Positions 36,601 to 46,933 of a stretch of DNA of 64,000 nucleotides are shown piece after piece. Source of the DNA: Botryllus schlosseri. Its lineage: Eukaryota. Within the stretch, counting starts at the first letter, position 1, and every line of letters starts with the position of its first letter. The DNA lies in contig CM119372.1 of the NCBI GenBank assembly GCA_051294905.1, forward strand, positions 11,162,001 to 11,226,000, written 5' to 3'. The translations under genes were made by a program, and so were the position numbers. The notes beneath the pieces are model-generated. The model searched no databases and was not told the origin of the DNA. It saw only the letters and a program-made list of their open reading frames with translations.

Positions 36601-37492
36601 TTAAATCGTACTGGCTACGGTACCTGATAAAATTGTAAGGTTACCTAATTTGAGCCTACACACCAAATTTGGTTCAATTCCAACCAACCAGTAGTCGCAT
36701 TGCTACAGGAGAAGAAAGTTTATATTTATTATATAAAAATAAATAGTAGTAAAATAGTATTTACGATGGGCACCACCATAATAAATAATTAAAGAATTGG
36801 TCACCGTAAATACTATTTTATTCATAATCCAAATTTTTCGAAGGCAATAACTTCGCTTCCACTGGTTGAAATTGAACCAAATTTGGTGAACATCGTTTCT
36901 ATAGACAGCCTAACACTTTCATTGGGTGAACAGAAAATTTTCACATTTTTTGTTATTTATTTTGATATAATAAATAGAAACTTTCTTCTCCTGTAGCAAT
37001 GCGGCTACTGGTTGGAATTGAATCAAATTTGGTGTATAGGCTTAAATTAGGTAACTTAACAATTTTATCAAGTAGCCAGTACGATTTGAGAAAAAAAGTC
37101 ATTTTTGAAGAGCCCTATTGCACAGTTTCACTGAAAGGTAAAGGTAGACACCTACATCCGTAACATTCGTAGTCTAGGCCTACATACCTGTATTTATCTG
37201 CTAAGTCTTTAGCAAGATCGTTAGCGTGAGGGTCTCTATCCAAAGCAACCAACTTGCATGTTTCGAACCGCTGTAAGATTTCTTTGCTATGCCCTCCAGC
37301 GCCAAATGTCATGTCAAGCATAACACCACCATTCGCCAAATACAGGCTATCAAGAACCTCTTTGACCATAACGGGATGGTGAAGTTTCATGTGACTTATT
37401 CCTGCTGCATTCGATGCAAATACTTTGTGAATACATGTGCCGTGTTCAAGAGAATGCCACCATTTTAACGTAGATTTAATTGATATCTTCAT
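30635..37492 (-). CDS. METTL15: Mitochondrial 12S rRNA m4C methyltransferase (RsmH/MraW family), 7 exons, 344 aa
   Basis: Exons 37492-37188, 36412-36227, 36163-36093, 35645-35489, 33218-33112, 30898-30810, 30754-30635. Motifs [63 protein letters not shown]. Intron 4 is GC-AG. Confidence 0.95.
31513..32706. mobile_element. hAT MITE (family B) inserted in an older family B copy (~31190-32797)
   Basis: TIR CAGTGTTGGGAT; perfect TSD GCAAAATG; flanks are decayed family B sequence. Confidence 0.88.
31608..31975. mobile_element. hAT MITE (family A variant), nested
   Basis: TIR TAGGCTTACCATA; TSD GACTTGAG/GAGTTGAG. Confidence 0.88.
33486..35293. mobile_element. hAT MITE (family F) containing a LINE 3' fragment (~33830-35110)
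   Basis: Ends TAGGGCCGGGCA / TGCCCAGCCCTA; TSD TTCGCCTC/CTCGCCAC; homologous to 13080-14751. Confidence 0.78.
34091..34978. mobile_element. Charlie/Buster-type MITE nested in the LINE fragment
   Basis: TIR CAGKGGTCGGGAACC; TSD GCCTAGGC/GCCTAGGA; homologous to 55011-56107. Confidence 0.85.
36573..37117. mobile_element. Palindromic TA-flanked MITE (family D) in METTL15 intron 1
   Basis: About 170-bp inverted arms starting TAGGGCTCTTCAAAAATGAC; related copies at 4374, 42255, 51076 and 60380. Superfamily not assigned. Confidence 0.85.
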
Positions 37493-37749
37493 CTGTGACG
37501 AACACAATTAATCAATATAGTGATAGCACTTTTCCGTAAACACCCATCAAGCAACCAGTATTGTTAAAACAACACAAACACTCCATTGGAAGACAAACAT
37601 TCACCATTGAAACAACTTCACGGAAGAATATACACATAAGCAATACTCATTTCAACTTTCTTGTTGTCCCATGATGCATCAAATGCATTCCATTTGCCGC
37701 AAACGGCAATATACATTCAAAATGGAGGTATACCAATAAACAAGGCTCA

Positions 37750-39057
37750 TTAATCAGCTTCTAAATTCTTCAATCTCAATACTACAGGAACAGATGTACA
37801 AGGGATCATCCCTAAATCGGTAACCACGGTCGCTATCAAATCTGGAGGGGTGACATCATAAGTCAAATTGAGTACTTTCAAATTGTCAAGCGCATTCCAG
37901 GAATCATAATTTACCAAGGTGGCGTTTGCAGCACAGCCATCTGTGGCTAAAAGATCTAAAGGGTCGCCGATTTCATTATTAACGATAGAATCAGTCTGAA
38001 CACGTTCACAAAACTTATACGTTTCGCAGCAAACAATCACAGGGATATTCTGACTTTGAGCTGCTAAGGAAACTAACGACGTGCCCACAGCCCCCACGAC
38101 ATAACCGTTAGACAAGAGGCCATGCGCCCCATACATGACTTTTGTGACTTCGGGCAAGAGAAACGTGATACCGGTTATCAACGAGTAGCTACAAGGGATG
38201 CCTGCTTTAGTGAGTTTCTGCAAAGCACCGATCCCGCTATGCTTTGGCCTACCGTCAACGATGATCACCCTGAAATTGCATCCAGCGTTGTGTGTGTCGA
38301 TTAGTACCCGATTTACAAGAGAAGAGCCGCCAATGATAAGGACGACGTCGCCGCTCTTAATTGTCTGCCTCGCAAATTTCGAGATGGCCTCTCCGGCGAG
38401 GTGTATGTTTACACGAACGTAGTTATCGAATGACTCGCAGAGCTTCGATTTCGCATCATCTTCGCTCCAATCACTCTTGCATTTGTTTATTTGAGCTTTC
38501 ATGAATTTGATTGCGTTTTGCATCGACACCGACAGAGGGCGGCACTGATTGAGGAAAGTTATACAAGGCTTGATGGAAGACTCCAAGTGCCGACTCAATT
38601 CCTTATCAGGCGGAGTGACGTAGTCGGTCACAACGTCCTTCATAGCATTTATCAAAGCAGCGCAGCGTGCATTCGAACCCGATATAACGCCTTCCGCATA
38701 ATGCAGCCCTAATCGTAGCACGGAAGGGTGGATCTTTGTACCACCAAATCCGAGCGCTTTTGTGATAGAAACGCTTCTCTGATACTGGTGCAAATGGGAA
38801 AACAACCCAACTTTCTTTGGTCCTTCCACTCGCTTTGGAATTTGTTCCTTTTCCATTTTCTTCGCGGTTCTCTTCATAACTTTAGGATCGTCTGCTTGAA
38901 TATTACTGGAAATGCGAGCGTTCTGCTGAGTCTTCCGTTTAGGTTCCGAATTGTCTTTTTCTGCCTTCTTCGCATTTTTCAAGGCTCTCTCCCTTTCTTG
39001 CTTTGCCCTTCTTTCAGCTTTCAATTCCTTTTTCGAAAGCCCACTTTGGATCTCCAT
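37750..39057 (-). CDS. EIF2B4: Translation initiation factor eIF2B subunit delta; single exon, 435 aa
   Basis: SKKELKAERRAKQE, LFSHLHQY, ISGSNARC, QCRPLSVSMQNAIK, VCCETYKFCERVQTDS, YDVTPPDL, GMIPCTSVPVVLR. Confidence 0.96.
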   Translation of the reverse strand: MEIQSGLSKKELKAERRAKQERERALKNAKKAEKDNSEPKRKTQQNARISSNIQADDPKVMKRTAKKMEKEQIPKRVEGPKKVGLFSHLHQYQRSVSITKALGFGGTKIHPSVLRLGLHYAEGVISGSNARCAALINAMKDVVTDYVTPPDKELSRHLESSIKPCITFLNQCRPLSVSMQNAIKFMKAQINKCKSDWSEDDAKSKLCESFDNYVRVNIHLAGEAISKFARQTIKSGDVVLIIGGSSLVNRVLIDTHNAGCNFRVIIVDGRPKHSGIGALQKLTKAGIPCSYSLITGITFLLPEVTKVMYGAHGLLSNGYVVGAVGTSLVSLAAQSQNIPVIVCCETYKFCERVQTDSIVNNEIGDPLDLLATDGCAANATLVNYDSWNALDNLKVLNLTYDVTPPDLIATVVTDLGMIPCTSVPVVLRLKNLEAD

Positions 39058-39838
39058 AACGACTTGAAGAAATTTTAGATATTTTCTACAAAGCTTTGGA
39101 AATATAATATTTCAATTAACAACATATACAAGTATATTTATATACATACAATACACATTATGGCACGTACATAATTCCAAGGCAGCGGTGAAATTCACAA
39201 TCATTGATAAGACGTGATGTTATACAGTCAAATGCAATAATATCCACAAAGCAGTTGAAGTATTATTGATAATTTGGTACAGTACAATTTTTGAAATGAG
39301 TTTCGATCCAACAGCAGAGGCACTAGGCCTTAAAAATTAACACAAATGCGGAATCAGTTTTGATATCACAGTTAGTCCAACTATGTAGCGGAACAAATTA
39401 ACCAAGATCCCAATGAAGATTGATGGGCTGCTTCCGTTACCAATCAAGGAAAAACAAACAAACACTAATCTAACAGGGATATAAATCATACAAAAAGTTA
39501 GTGGTACCAATAATGAAGAATAGTGGAAAATAGGTAATACGCATAAAATATAAAAAGAATAAACTACAGTGCTTCGTGTTAGCTCTACTGTTTAGTATAA
39601 TTATGATAATGTTCTGGAGACAACCACCCGCTTCAGAATCTTCACAAGCTAATAATACTGTATCAAATATTCATAAAAAGTACAGTGCAAATAACATACA
39701 TTATATTGAAGAAAATTGAGAATAACAAGTGCGTCTCCGAGGGTCTCCATTGCAAATTTCAGAGATGTCCTATATTGTGCTAAATTATAATGGTAATTGG
39801 AAAGAAAATTCATTTGGTAACGTCAGTGGTAATTCCAT

Positions 39839-42046
39839 TCAATCATATTGAGAACGACGATGGAAATCATTGGGACTTTGTTGAGTTCGCACTATCCCAT
39901 TTCTATGCTCTTGAAGTCTAACTGAAAGCTCGTGTCTCTCTTGGGCCCATCGTCGAGAATTCTCATTCAGTTGTGATTCCAACGACAGCGCTCGCTCTCG
40001 TGCTTGATCAAAGTTACGTTGCAACTGATCGTTATCCATATCGAGTCTCCTCCTTTGAAGCTTCATATCTTCCAACTCCAACCGAAGCCTGGCATTCTCC
40101 TGTACCAAAATAGAGGCCGTTTGATCAGACGCGGACCTGTCTACTTTTTCAACAGGAATTCTCGGCGGCGCTTTAGACTTCGTTTTCAACTTCTCTTCTT
40201 TTTTTAGGCTCTCTGCGAGCAGTTTTTCCATCTTTGCTATTACTTTCTCTTGCTGCAATGCCGTATTTTCCAATTTTTTAATCCTGTCCTGTTTCACTTG
40301 CAATCTCTCCTCAAACTCAGGAGGGACCGAAAGTGCTTTGCTGAGAAACTTCTTTTCGCGGTCGTTAGCTTTTATGAGTTGATTCTGCAACTGTTGCACT
40401 TTATCCTGATATTTCTTCAATTCCGCACTTTCCGCTTCCATCTGAGCTTTTGTAGCAACGTACTTTTCTGCCAACTGCTCCACCGTGAGTGCGCCGGTAT
40501 TTAAATCGCTTTGAATGATATCGACCAAATTCTTCCTTGTGAATAATTGCTTTTTCAACACTCGATTTTCTTCCTGCAGTCTTGCAATCGTGGATTTCAA
40601 GTGTGCGATGTCTCCAGTCATTTTCTTCACGGTCTCCTTCAATTTTTTTAACTCTTCAGCGTGATAAGACTTGACAGGCGGTTTTGCAGTGTAGCTCGGT
40701 CCTGTATTTTCTGGGAATATAGTTTCCAAAATATCACTGGGAGGGTATTCATCTTCATTAGCGAGGATTTCTGTTCTCTTTCTATCAATGGGTATCATAG
40801 TAGCCGGCGTTTCAACCACATTATGTACCGTTGGCAGTTCCTCGGAATGATGAGATTGAACAGGAGATGGATTATCAGCTGGTGTAGGTGCTGTATTTTG
40901 TCGATTGATTGAAGTTAACGACGGTAACAAAGAGAAATCGCCAACTGAAACCATTGTATCAGGTCTTTCCGAGTTAATGAGCCGGAGATATAAATCAACC
41001 CCAGGTGCGCCAGGCTCTGAATTGAAAAATTCAGTACTCGACTGAACTAGCAAGTCATTAATTTTAATACCTAGCTTGGCATCTTCCGACCTCAAAGCAC
41101 TGAATATTTCCTCATCCAACAGCAGAGTGGAGAAACCAATCGGGTTACGAATCACCCACGTAATGCTACTCATACTGGTGTTTGCAGTGTAGTATTCCAA
41201 AACCAGCGCCGAGTGCGTGGTAAACATTGTGGCGGTGTCGTGACCGGTAAACATGAAGGTGTGATTCCATATCGGCTTCTTGCCACCTTGACTCGCCGTT
41301 GTGATTTGAGGAAATCCTTGAATTTGTTGACTAGGGATTTCAAAAGCCGAAGGGTGGGGTGATGGTAGCGTGACCGTAGATGTTGTGATTCCCGCTGCTT
41401 GCTTGGTCAATATACGCTCCTTATACACGGAATAATCGGGTACGATTCTGGCCACGGCAAGTAGGGGACTGCTTGATGAAGCAAGTTCCTTATGAAACCC
41501 ACTAAGAATTACTTCCAGGCCACAAAATCCAAAGCTCGTCAGACGGGGAAGATGAGATTTCAGCAGTTGAATAGAAACATAGGCACGTACACCAGATCCA
41601 ATAGACTTTGTTGGTTGAATAAGCTCTAAGTGATACGGGTGAAATGGCACGAAATTTTTGATTGGAACTCGGTATGTGACAAGCTTTTCTTTTGATTCAT
41701 TGTCTGCTATCGTCAATATCATCTCTTCCTCGTCCACTTCAGCTTCCACTACTTGCATTGTGAGGATCTCTTCCCAAACCGGAGAATGGGTGGGTCTCAC
41801 TGTTGCATGTGTTGCGCTTTGCGCAGTTTCTTTGTCTCGTTCATTCGCAATGCTCTTCACGGAAGCGAAGGGTAGAGGGTCACTACCATCAAATTTTGAC
41901 GGTAAGCTTGTAGCCCCATGAACAATAATGTACATCTCAACAGAGCCTGGTTTGGAGACTACATGCTTATTATACACTGTCGGTGTAGAAGATGCACCAA
42001 CACCATTCCTTCTTCGAGGTGGAGCTTTCGTCCATTTTGGGGCCAT
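39839..42046 (-). CDS. CCDC33: Coiled-coil domain-containing protein 33 (C2 domains plus coiled coil); single exon, 735 aa
   Basis: VHGATSLPSKFDGSDPLP, FHPYHLEL, VARIVPDY, ALVLEYY and C-terminal SLESQLNENSRRWAQE match CCDC33 as recalled. Confidence 0.85.
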   Translation of the reverse strand: MAPKWTKAPPRRRNGVGASSTPTVYNKHVVSKPGSVEMYIIVHGATSLPSKFDGSDPLPFASVKSIANERDKETAQSATHATVRPTHSPVWEEILTMQVVEAEVDEEEMILTIADNESKEKLVTYRVPIKNFVPFHPYHLELIQPTKSIGSGVRAYVSIQLLKSHLPRLTSFGFCGLEVILSGFHKELASSSSPLLAVARIVPDYSVYKERILTKQAAGITTSTVTLPSPHPSAFEIPSQQIQGFPQITTASQGGKKPIWNHTFMFTGHDTATMFTTHSALVLEYYTANTSMSSITWVIRNPIGFSTLLLDEEIFSALRSEDAKLGIKINDLLVQSSTEFFNSEPGAPGVDLYLRLINSERPDTMVSVGDFSLLPSLTSINRQNTAPTPADNPSPVQSHHSEELPTVHNVVETPATMIPIDRKRTEILANEDEYPPSDILETIFPENTGPSYTAKPPVKSYHAEELKKLKETVKKMTGDIAHLKSTIARLQEENRVLKKQLFTRKNLVDIIQSDLNTGALTVEQLAEKYVATKAQMEAESAELKKYQDKVQQLQNQLIKANDREKKFLSKALSVPPEFEERLQVKQDRIKKLENTALQQEKVIAKMEKLLAESLKKEEKLKTKSKAPPRIPVEKVDRSASDQTASILVQENARLRLELEDMKLQRRRLDMDNDQLQRNFDQARERALSLESQLNENSRRWAQERHELSVRLQEHRNGIVRTQQSPNDFHRRSQYD

Positions 42047-42569
42047 TTGCTTTTAGCCAAATTTCAATACTACCGGTAACACAAACCACTATAGTGCAGC
42101 AGTATATGTTAGGTGTTCTAGTTGAAGTTATCACACAATTAGATTGGCAATGTTGGGAAATAGGCCTACCTATACGTTAACATACAGATAGGGAACAGGC
42201 CTGGAACTAGAGCAAAGATGGCTAGAACTAGCTAACTAAAGTGTTATGAACATTAGGGCTGTTCAAAAATAACTTTTTTTCCTGAATCTTGCGCGCTCCG
42301 TGATTAAATCAGTAGGTTGCCTTGAAAACGACGCACACCAAATTTGGATTCATTCCAACCAATAATTGCTGATTTCGTAGAGTTTGAAAATTTTGAGTTT
42401 ACCCATGAATGCAATTTTTCAGTCAACCCCATGAAATTGTTGCGCTGTCTTCAAAGACGATGCAAAACAAATCTGACTCAATTCCAAGCAGTAGAAGCTG
42501 AGTTATTTGAGTTTTTCTATAATATTTCTTAGATTATCCACCGATCAAGGATAATCCCCGAATTATCAG

Positions 42570-43248
42570 GGGTCGATAAAATTCACTGTATCATGCATAT
42601 GTTCGGATCGTTTGCGAAACGCTGCGTGTAACCTGTGAGAGCGACCAATCATTCAATGATCGTGCGTTTCATTGAGTCTCAATTGTTCACTCACAAATAT
42701 ATTGACCGAACGAAGTGATCGAAGCTTACAGCTCATGTTGCTGTAAACTAGTCATAGAGTAATGAAATAGCAAAATGTCTATTTCTGTTCTCTATTCGTA
42801 CCTTTACCAATACTTTGTTTTATTGAAATTGAATTCAAATATAGTTTATATATAGTCCTCAACCATTGGCGCAGGCTCGAATTGTATCATGTCAAATTGT
42901 AAATGGGTAATGTATTGGATCTTATCAATTTGTTTCTCTATTCTACATTTTGGCTGGTAACTATAATCTGAAGAGCCTCTATGTAATTACTTACATAGTT
43001 TCAGAGTTCTACGTATATGTGAGCGATACAGCGCCTTCTCGCGTGTATATTCAACTTTATATTAATTCATTGGTTCGGAATCAATGACCACTCAATCTGT
43101 ATTTCAGACAGCTAGCAAAATTCCATGACGTAATGATGGCCTCACTCTCACATACGCGAAAAGGCAACTTGACTTGAATTGTGACTTGACTTGACTCGAG
43201 TCAAAATGTGAAATGAAGGTAGTGACTTGATCCCAATTCCCAACACAG
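42570..43248. mobile_element. Truncated hAT MITE (family B)
   Basis: Colinear with 3005-3775; left end missing. Confidence 0.75.
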
Positions 43249-43734
43249 GTGTGCAGGTGCACTGTGCAGTGCATGCCTCTTATTTTTATTTACCGTAGGT
43301 ACCGGTACATCGGCAGGTTGTTGATCAACTGCAGGACTAGTTCCAATTTCTTTTGACTCCTATTCATCATTGTAACGCAATATTGTAGCGTTTCCAAATG
43401 ATGAAAATATTAAATAACTGAACGACAACAACAGCAATACAATACAAACAACCCCTCTCCCATGGATACTTCTGTTTTAGCCCTCCGTCTGCCGAGATTC
43501 AGTGATGTGTGACATAAAGATTATGTCTCATACGGACACTGGACAGAGCAGTCAATCCGGATGTTAAAATTGCTGTCAGCACTGAATTTCAGTATTATCC
43601 TCTTTCACATTGCCTAATATAGGCAGGCAGGCAGGCGGCCAGGCAGGCAGGCAGTACTTTGAACAATTTTTCGGTCGATCCAGATCCTAATATAGAGACA
43701 GCGAGATAGAGATCGTTGTTTTGGCTATAAAGAT

Positions 43735-44131
43735 AAAGATCATCGCTCTATCAAATATGCCGGACATGATGTGTGGAACAGTATCCCGCCGGTCATCCGG
43801 CAGTCGACGAGCATGTCCACATTCAAGTCGAAATACAAGCAATTACTAATAAATAAATACAGTCCATCCTCAAGATTACCGGACCACGACTGACCTATCG
43901 ATCTCGCTTCCCATGACATGCCGCCCTATTTCTTGTCGCTTCCTTTTTCTATACTATCTTCTTTACTTTCATTCAGTCTGCATGCCTCCTCTTTATATCG
44001 CCTAGGCCAAGATGGGTGTCTGATTCCATAGACAACTCCTAATCGCCTCGACATCTTCTTGTCTTTTCATTGTATCGCATTTTTTGAGGTGTATTGAACT
44101 GATAAAATTGCTAATAAACCAATGATGATGA
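43735..44131 (+). mobile_element. CR1/L2-type LINE 3' fragment
   Basis: Encodes RSIKYAGHDVWNSIP...FKSKYKQLL; (ATG)n tail. Confidence 0.85.
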
Positions 44132-44421
44132 TATCACAAAACATTCAAAATTCGGGAATCCGGTCTGATTATGTTAGCATTTGAACGTAGGGCTCCGGCT
44201 CCCGCTGCAAGCCCTGGTAATGAGGCATGTGCTGACTACTGATAGATATACATATATATATATAGATACACATATATGGGTTATATGTAATTGGTATTGC
44301 ATGTTGGCCTATATATGACTGTCTGTTTAATGTATGAGGTGACCAGCTGACTTGAAGACCTGAAGGCCGTATCGCTGGCCACCATTTCACAGCATTACTT
44401 TCTTACACCTGAAAATAAACT

Positions 44422-44452
<31 letters not shown>

Positions 44453-45098
44453 GAGTAGAGCTCCTCTCTCCTCCATGGCTAAAAGTGGTTCCATTTGGTG
44501 ACGTAATATCGCGCCATTCATCCGTCGATTAAACGGCAAAACCCGAACATATTTCCCTTGTGCCACAATTTATCATATGTGGCGGATAATATCGGCTTAG
44601 TGTCGGTTCAGGTTTAAATCAGTCTTAACTTTTGGAACAGTTTTATATATTCCACTCTTGCTACTCTGTAGCGTGGCCACCGGCCATGGCCAGGTGGCCT
44701 CGGCGCCGAAAAGACGCCGTGTCAAGTGTAAGATAATGAAAAATACGACATATTCATATATATTGACCAGTTCAGTTTATTGACAAATACATCCGATCAA
44801 TACAACATAAGATTACGATACAATGAAAATAGGAAGGCCTAGCAGCGACTTGGGGTAGTCTTTGAAATCAGCTACACCCTAGTCGATGTCAAGATGATGC
44901 ATAATTCACACCATTACACATTTGCAAACTAAATGAAAAGTAACAGAAGATAACACAAATATAGGACACGCAACAAAAAGAGATGGCTTGTGACGGAAGG
45001 CCAGGTCGCTATACCACATCGTGGTCCAGTAATCCCGAGCGCTGACATGTATTTATTCAGTATATAGAACTTGCTTTCAATGTGGACAATGGACAGGA

Positions 45099-45620
45099 CA
45101 TCATCATCATCATCATTGGTTTATTAGCAATTTTATCAGTTCAATACACCACAAAAATGCGATACAATGAAAAAACAGGAAGATGTCGAAGCGACAAGGA
45201 GTAGTCTATGGAATCTGACACCCACCTTGGCCTAGGCGATGTAAAGAGGAGGCATGCACACTGAATGAAAGTAAAGAAGATAGTATAGAAAAATAATGCG
45301 ACAAGAAATAGGGCGGCATGTCATGGGAAGCGAGATCGATAGGTCAGTCGTGGTCCGGTAATCTTGAGGATGGACTTTATTTATTTAGTAGTAATTGCTT
45401 GTATTTCGACTTGAATGTGGACATGCTCGTCGACTGTCGGATGGCCGGCGGGATACTGTTCCACACATCAGGTCCGGCATATTTGATGGAGCGATGATCT
45501 TTTCGGTCGATCATATGATATTTGGACGACGTGGACGCGCGTGTGTTGTACTTGTGCGCTTTTGATTGCTCGTCGACTTCTGGATTCCCGTCGAAATATC
45601 GTTCCACAGTTGCCATATAG
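45099..45620 (-). mobile_element. CR1/L2-type LINE 3' fragment
   Basis: ORF 45377-45643 HKYNTRAS...RSIKYAGPDVWNSIP...FKSKYKQLLL; (ATG)n tail. Confidence 0.88.
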
Positions 45621-45739
45621 CTACAGCCGACATATAAAACCAAATCCTAAATATGAGTGAATGTACGAATAAGATAATTAACCAATTTAGGCCTACATTC
45701 TATTTCTGTACTTGAAATAATCACAAGATTTATTCGATA

Positions 45740-45920
45740 GGCGTGTTGTGGGCGTCACGCAGAATGATGAAACGTGTTGCGTGCGTGGACTGGACAAACC
45801 GCCAGCTGATTGGAGCATTGAAGGGCGTAGGGTGGGTCTGTGGCTGTACCTCGGCGCCGTGTTGTAGTTAGGGTGGCAGTAAAGTAAGCCGTTGGTGGAT
45901 GGCGTTATGGCCATGATGTA
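45740..45920. promoter_or_regulatory. Candidate promoter, possibly bidirectional
   Basis: Local GC-rich non-repeat island between the divergent CCDC33 and NARS1 genes, with an inverted CCAAT box (GCTGATTGG, ~45805) and CRE-like GCGTCAC. Function is inferred. Confidence 0.4.
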
Positions 45921-46933
45921 TGTTGCTCAAGGCTTTTATGAGACGACTCGTTTTTGACAATTACGGCACCAATTTGAATCAACATTGACAATTTATTACT
46001 GATGCAATAAACTAAAGTTTCTCATCACGCTAGTTATATATAAACTGGTACATTTAGTTCCGTGTGACAACAGCGCTAAAGCAGCAACGTAAGAGTATAC
46101 TATATATAGGGAGAGGGACTGCATTACAATCTCTATGGTTAAACTAGCATAGTAGATAGGGAGATTGTCTTGTGAATCCATTGATGGTTTAAAGTAAGTT
46201 GGGTATTAGCCTTATAACTACTAACTAACTATACCTTACCGGTATACTTGAAGAGGTCTGTTTTGACATTTCACTTTATTCAATCTACGGCATTTCTTCC
46301 ATTCCATTGTTCCCAGACGTGCTAGGCTGATTGACTTGGGTTAAGCTTAGCTTCATGGTTTCGCTGACTCTTGATTAATGCGTGTCCATTGTAACACCGT
46401 TGTGGCGACCTGGCGTTCTCCCTAATCCAACCTAACCACTGGCCAGCCAAAAGTGTATGGAAAAAGCCGTCGAAATTGATGCTCAAGTCACCATTGAAAG
46501 TTAAATTGTGGTCGCTCAAACAGGTTTGAGCCTTTAAATGCTCTGTAGAAAATGAATGAATCAGTTATCACCATAATTGCTATATCTGCGTATACATTGG
46601 ACTCAATTGCCACTGTAAAAAGGTTGTAATGGCCTGCTCTGGTGGCGACGAGCTGGTATTTATCATACGGTATAGCTTATAGTGGCATTTCACAGATCTT
46701 TGAAGGAATATCACAACTGGCTCGACAGTCAACAGGAAGTCTAAATGGTATTGATATTCCTGGATGACGCGGTGGTTAGAAACTGCTAAAGCACACTGCA
46801 TGAAATTTATGCTGCGATATCGATAATGTCCTTTCGAACTAGCATTAGCAATGCATCTTTGTTTCATTCATCAGAAATAACTACATCATCGCTGTAGCCG
46901 TAAAGTTTGTTGTTAACGTGGCATCCTTCTATA

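Noticed and set aside
37493..37507. ORF-track start MCSSQ for METTL15
   Set aside because: It is a non-ATG start lying inside the acceptor tract; the first ATG is at 37492.
38122..41921. Plus-strand ORFs opposite EIF2B4 and CCDC33
   Set aside because: Antisense shadows of real coding sequence with no independent signal.
46317..46560. Telomerase RNA (TTTCGCTGAC resembles the vertebrate pseudoknot strand)
   Set aside because: No CTAACCCT template upstream and no convincing P3 partner in the right order.
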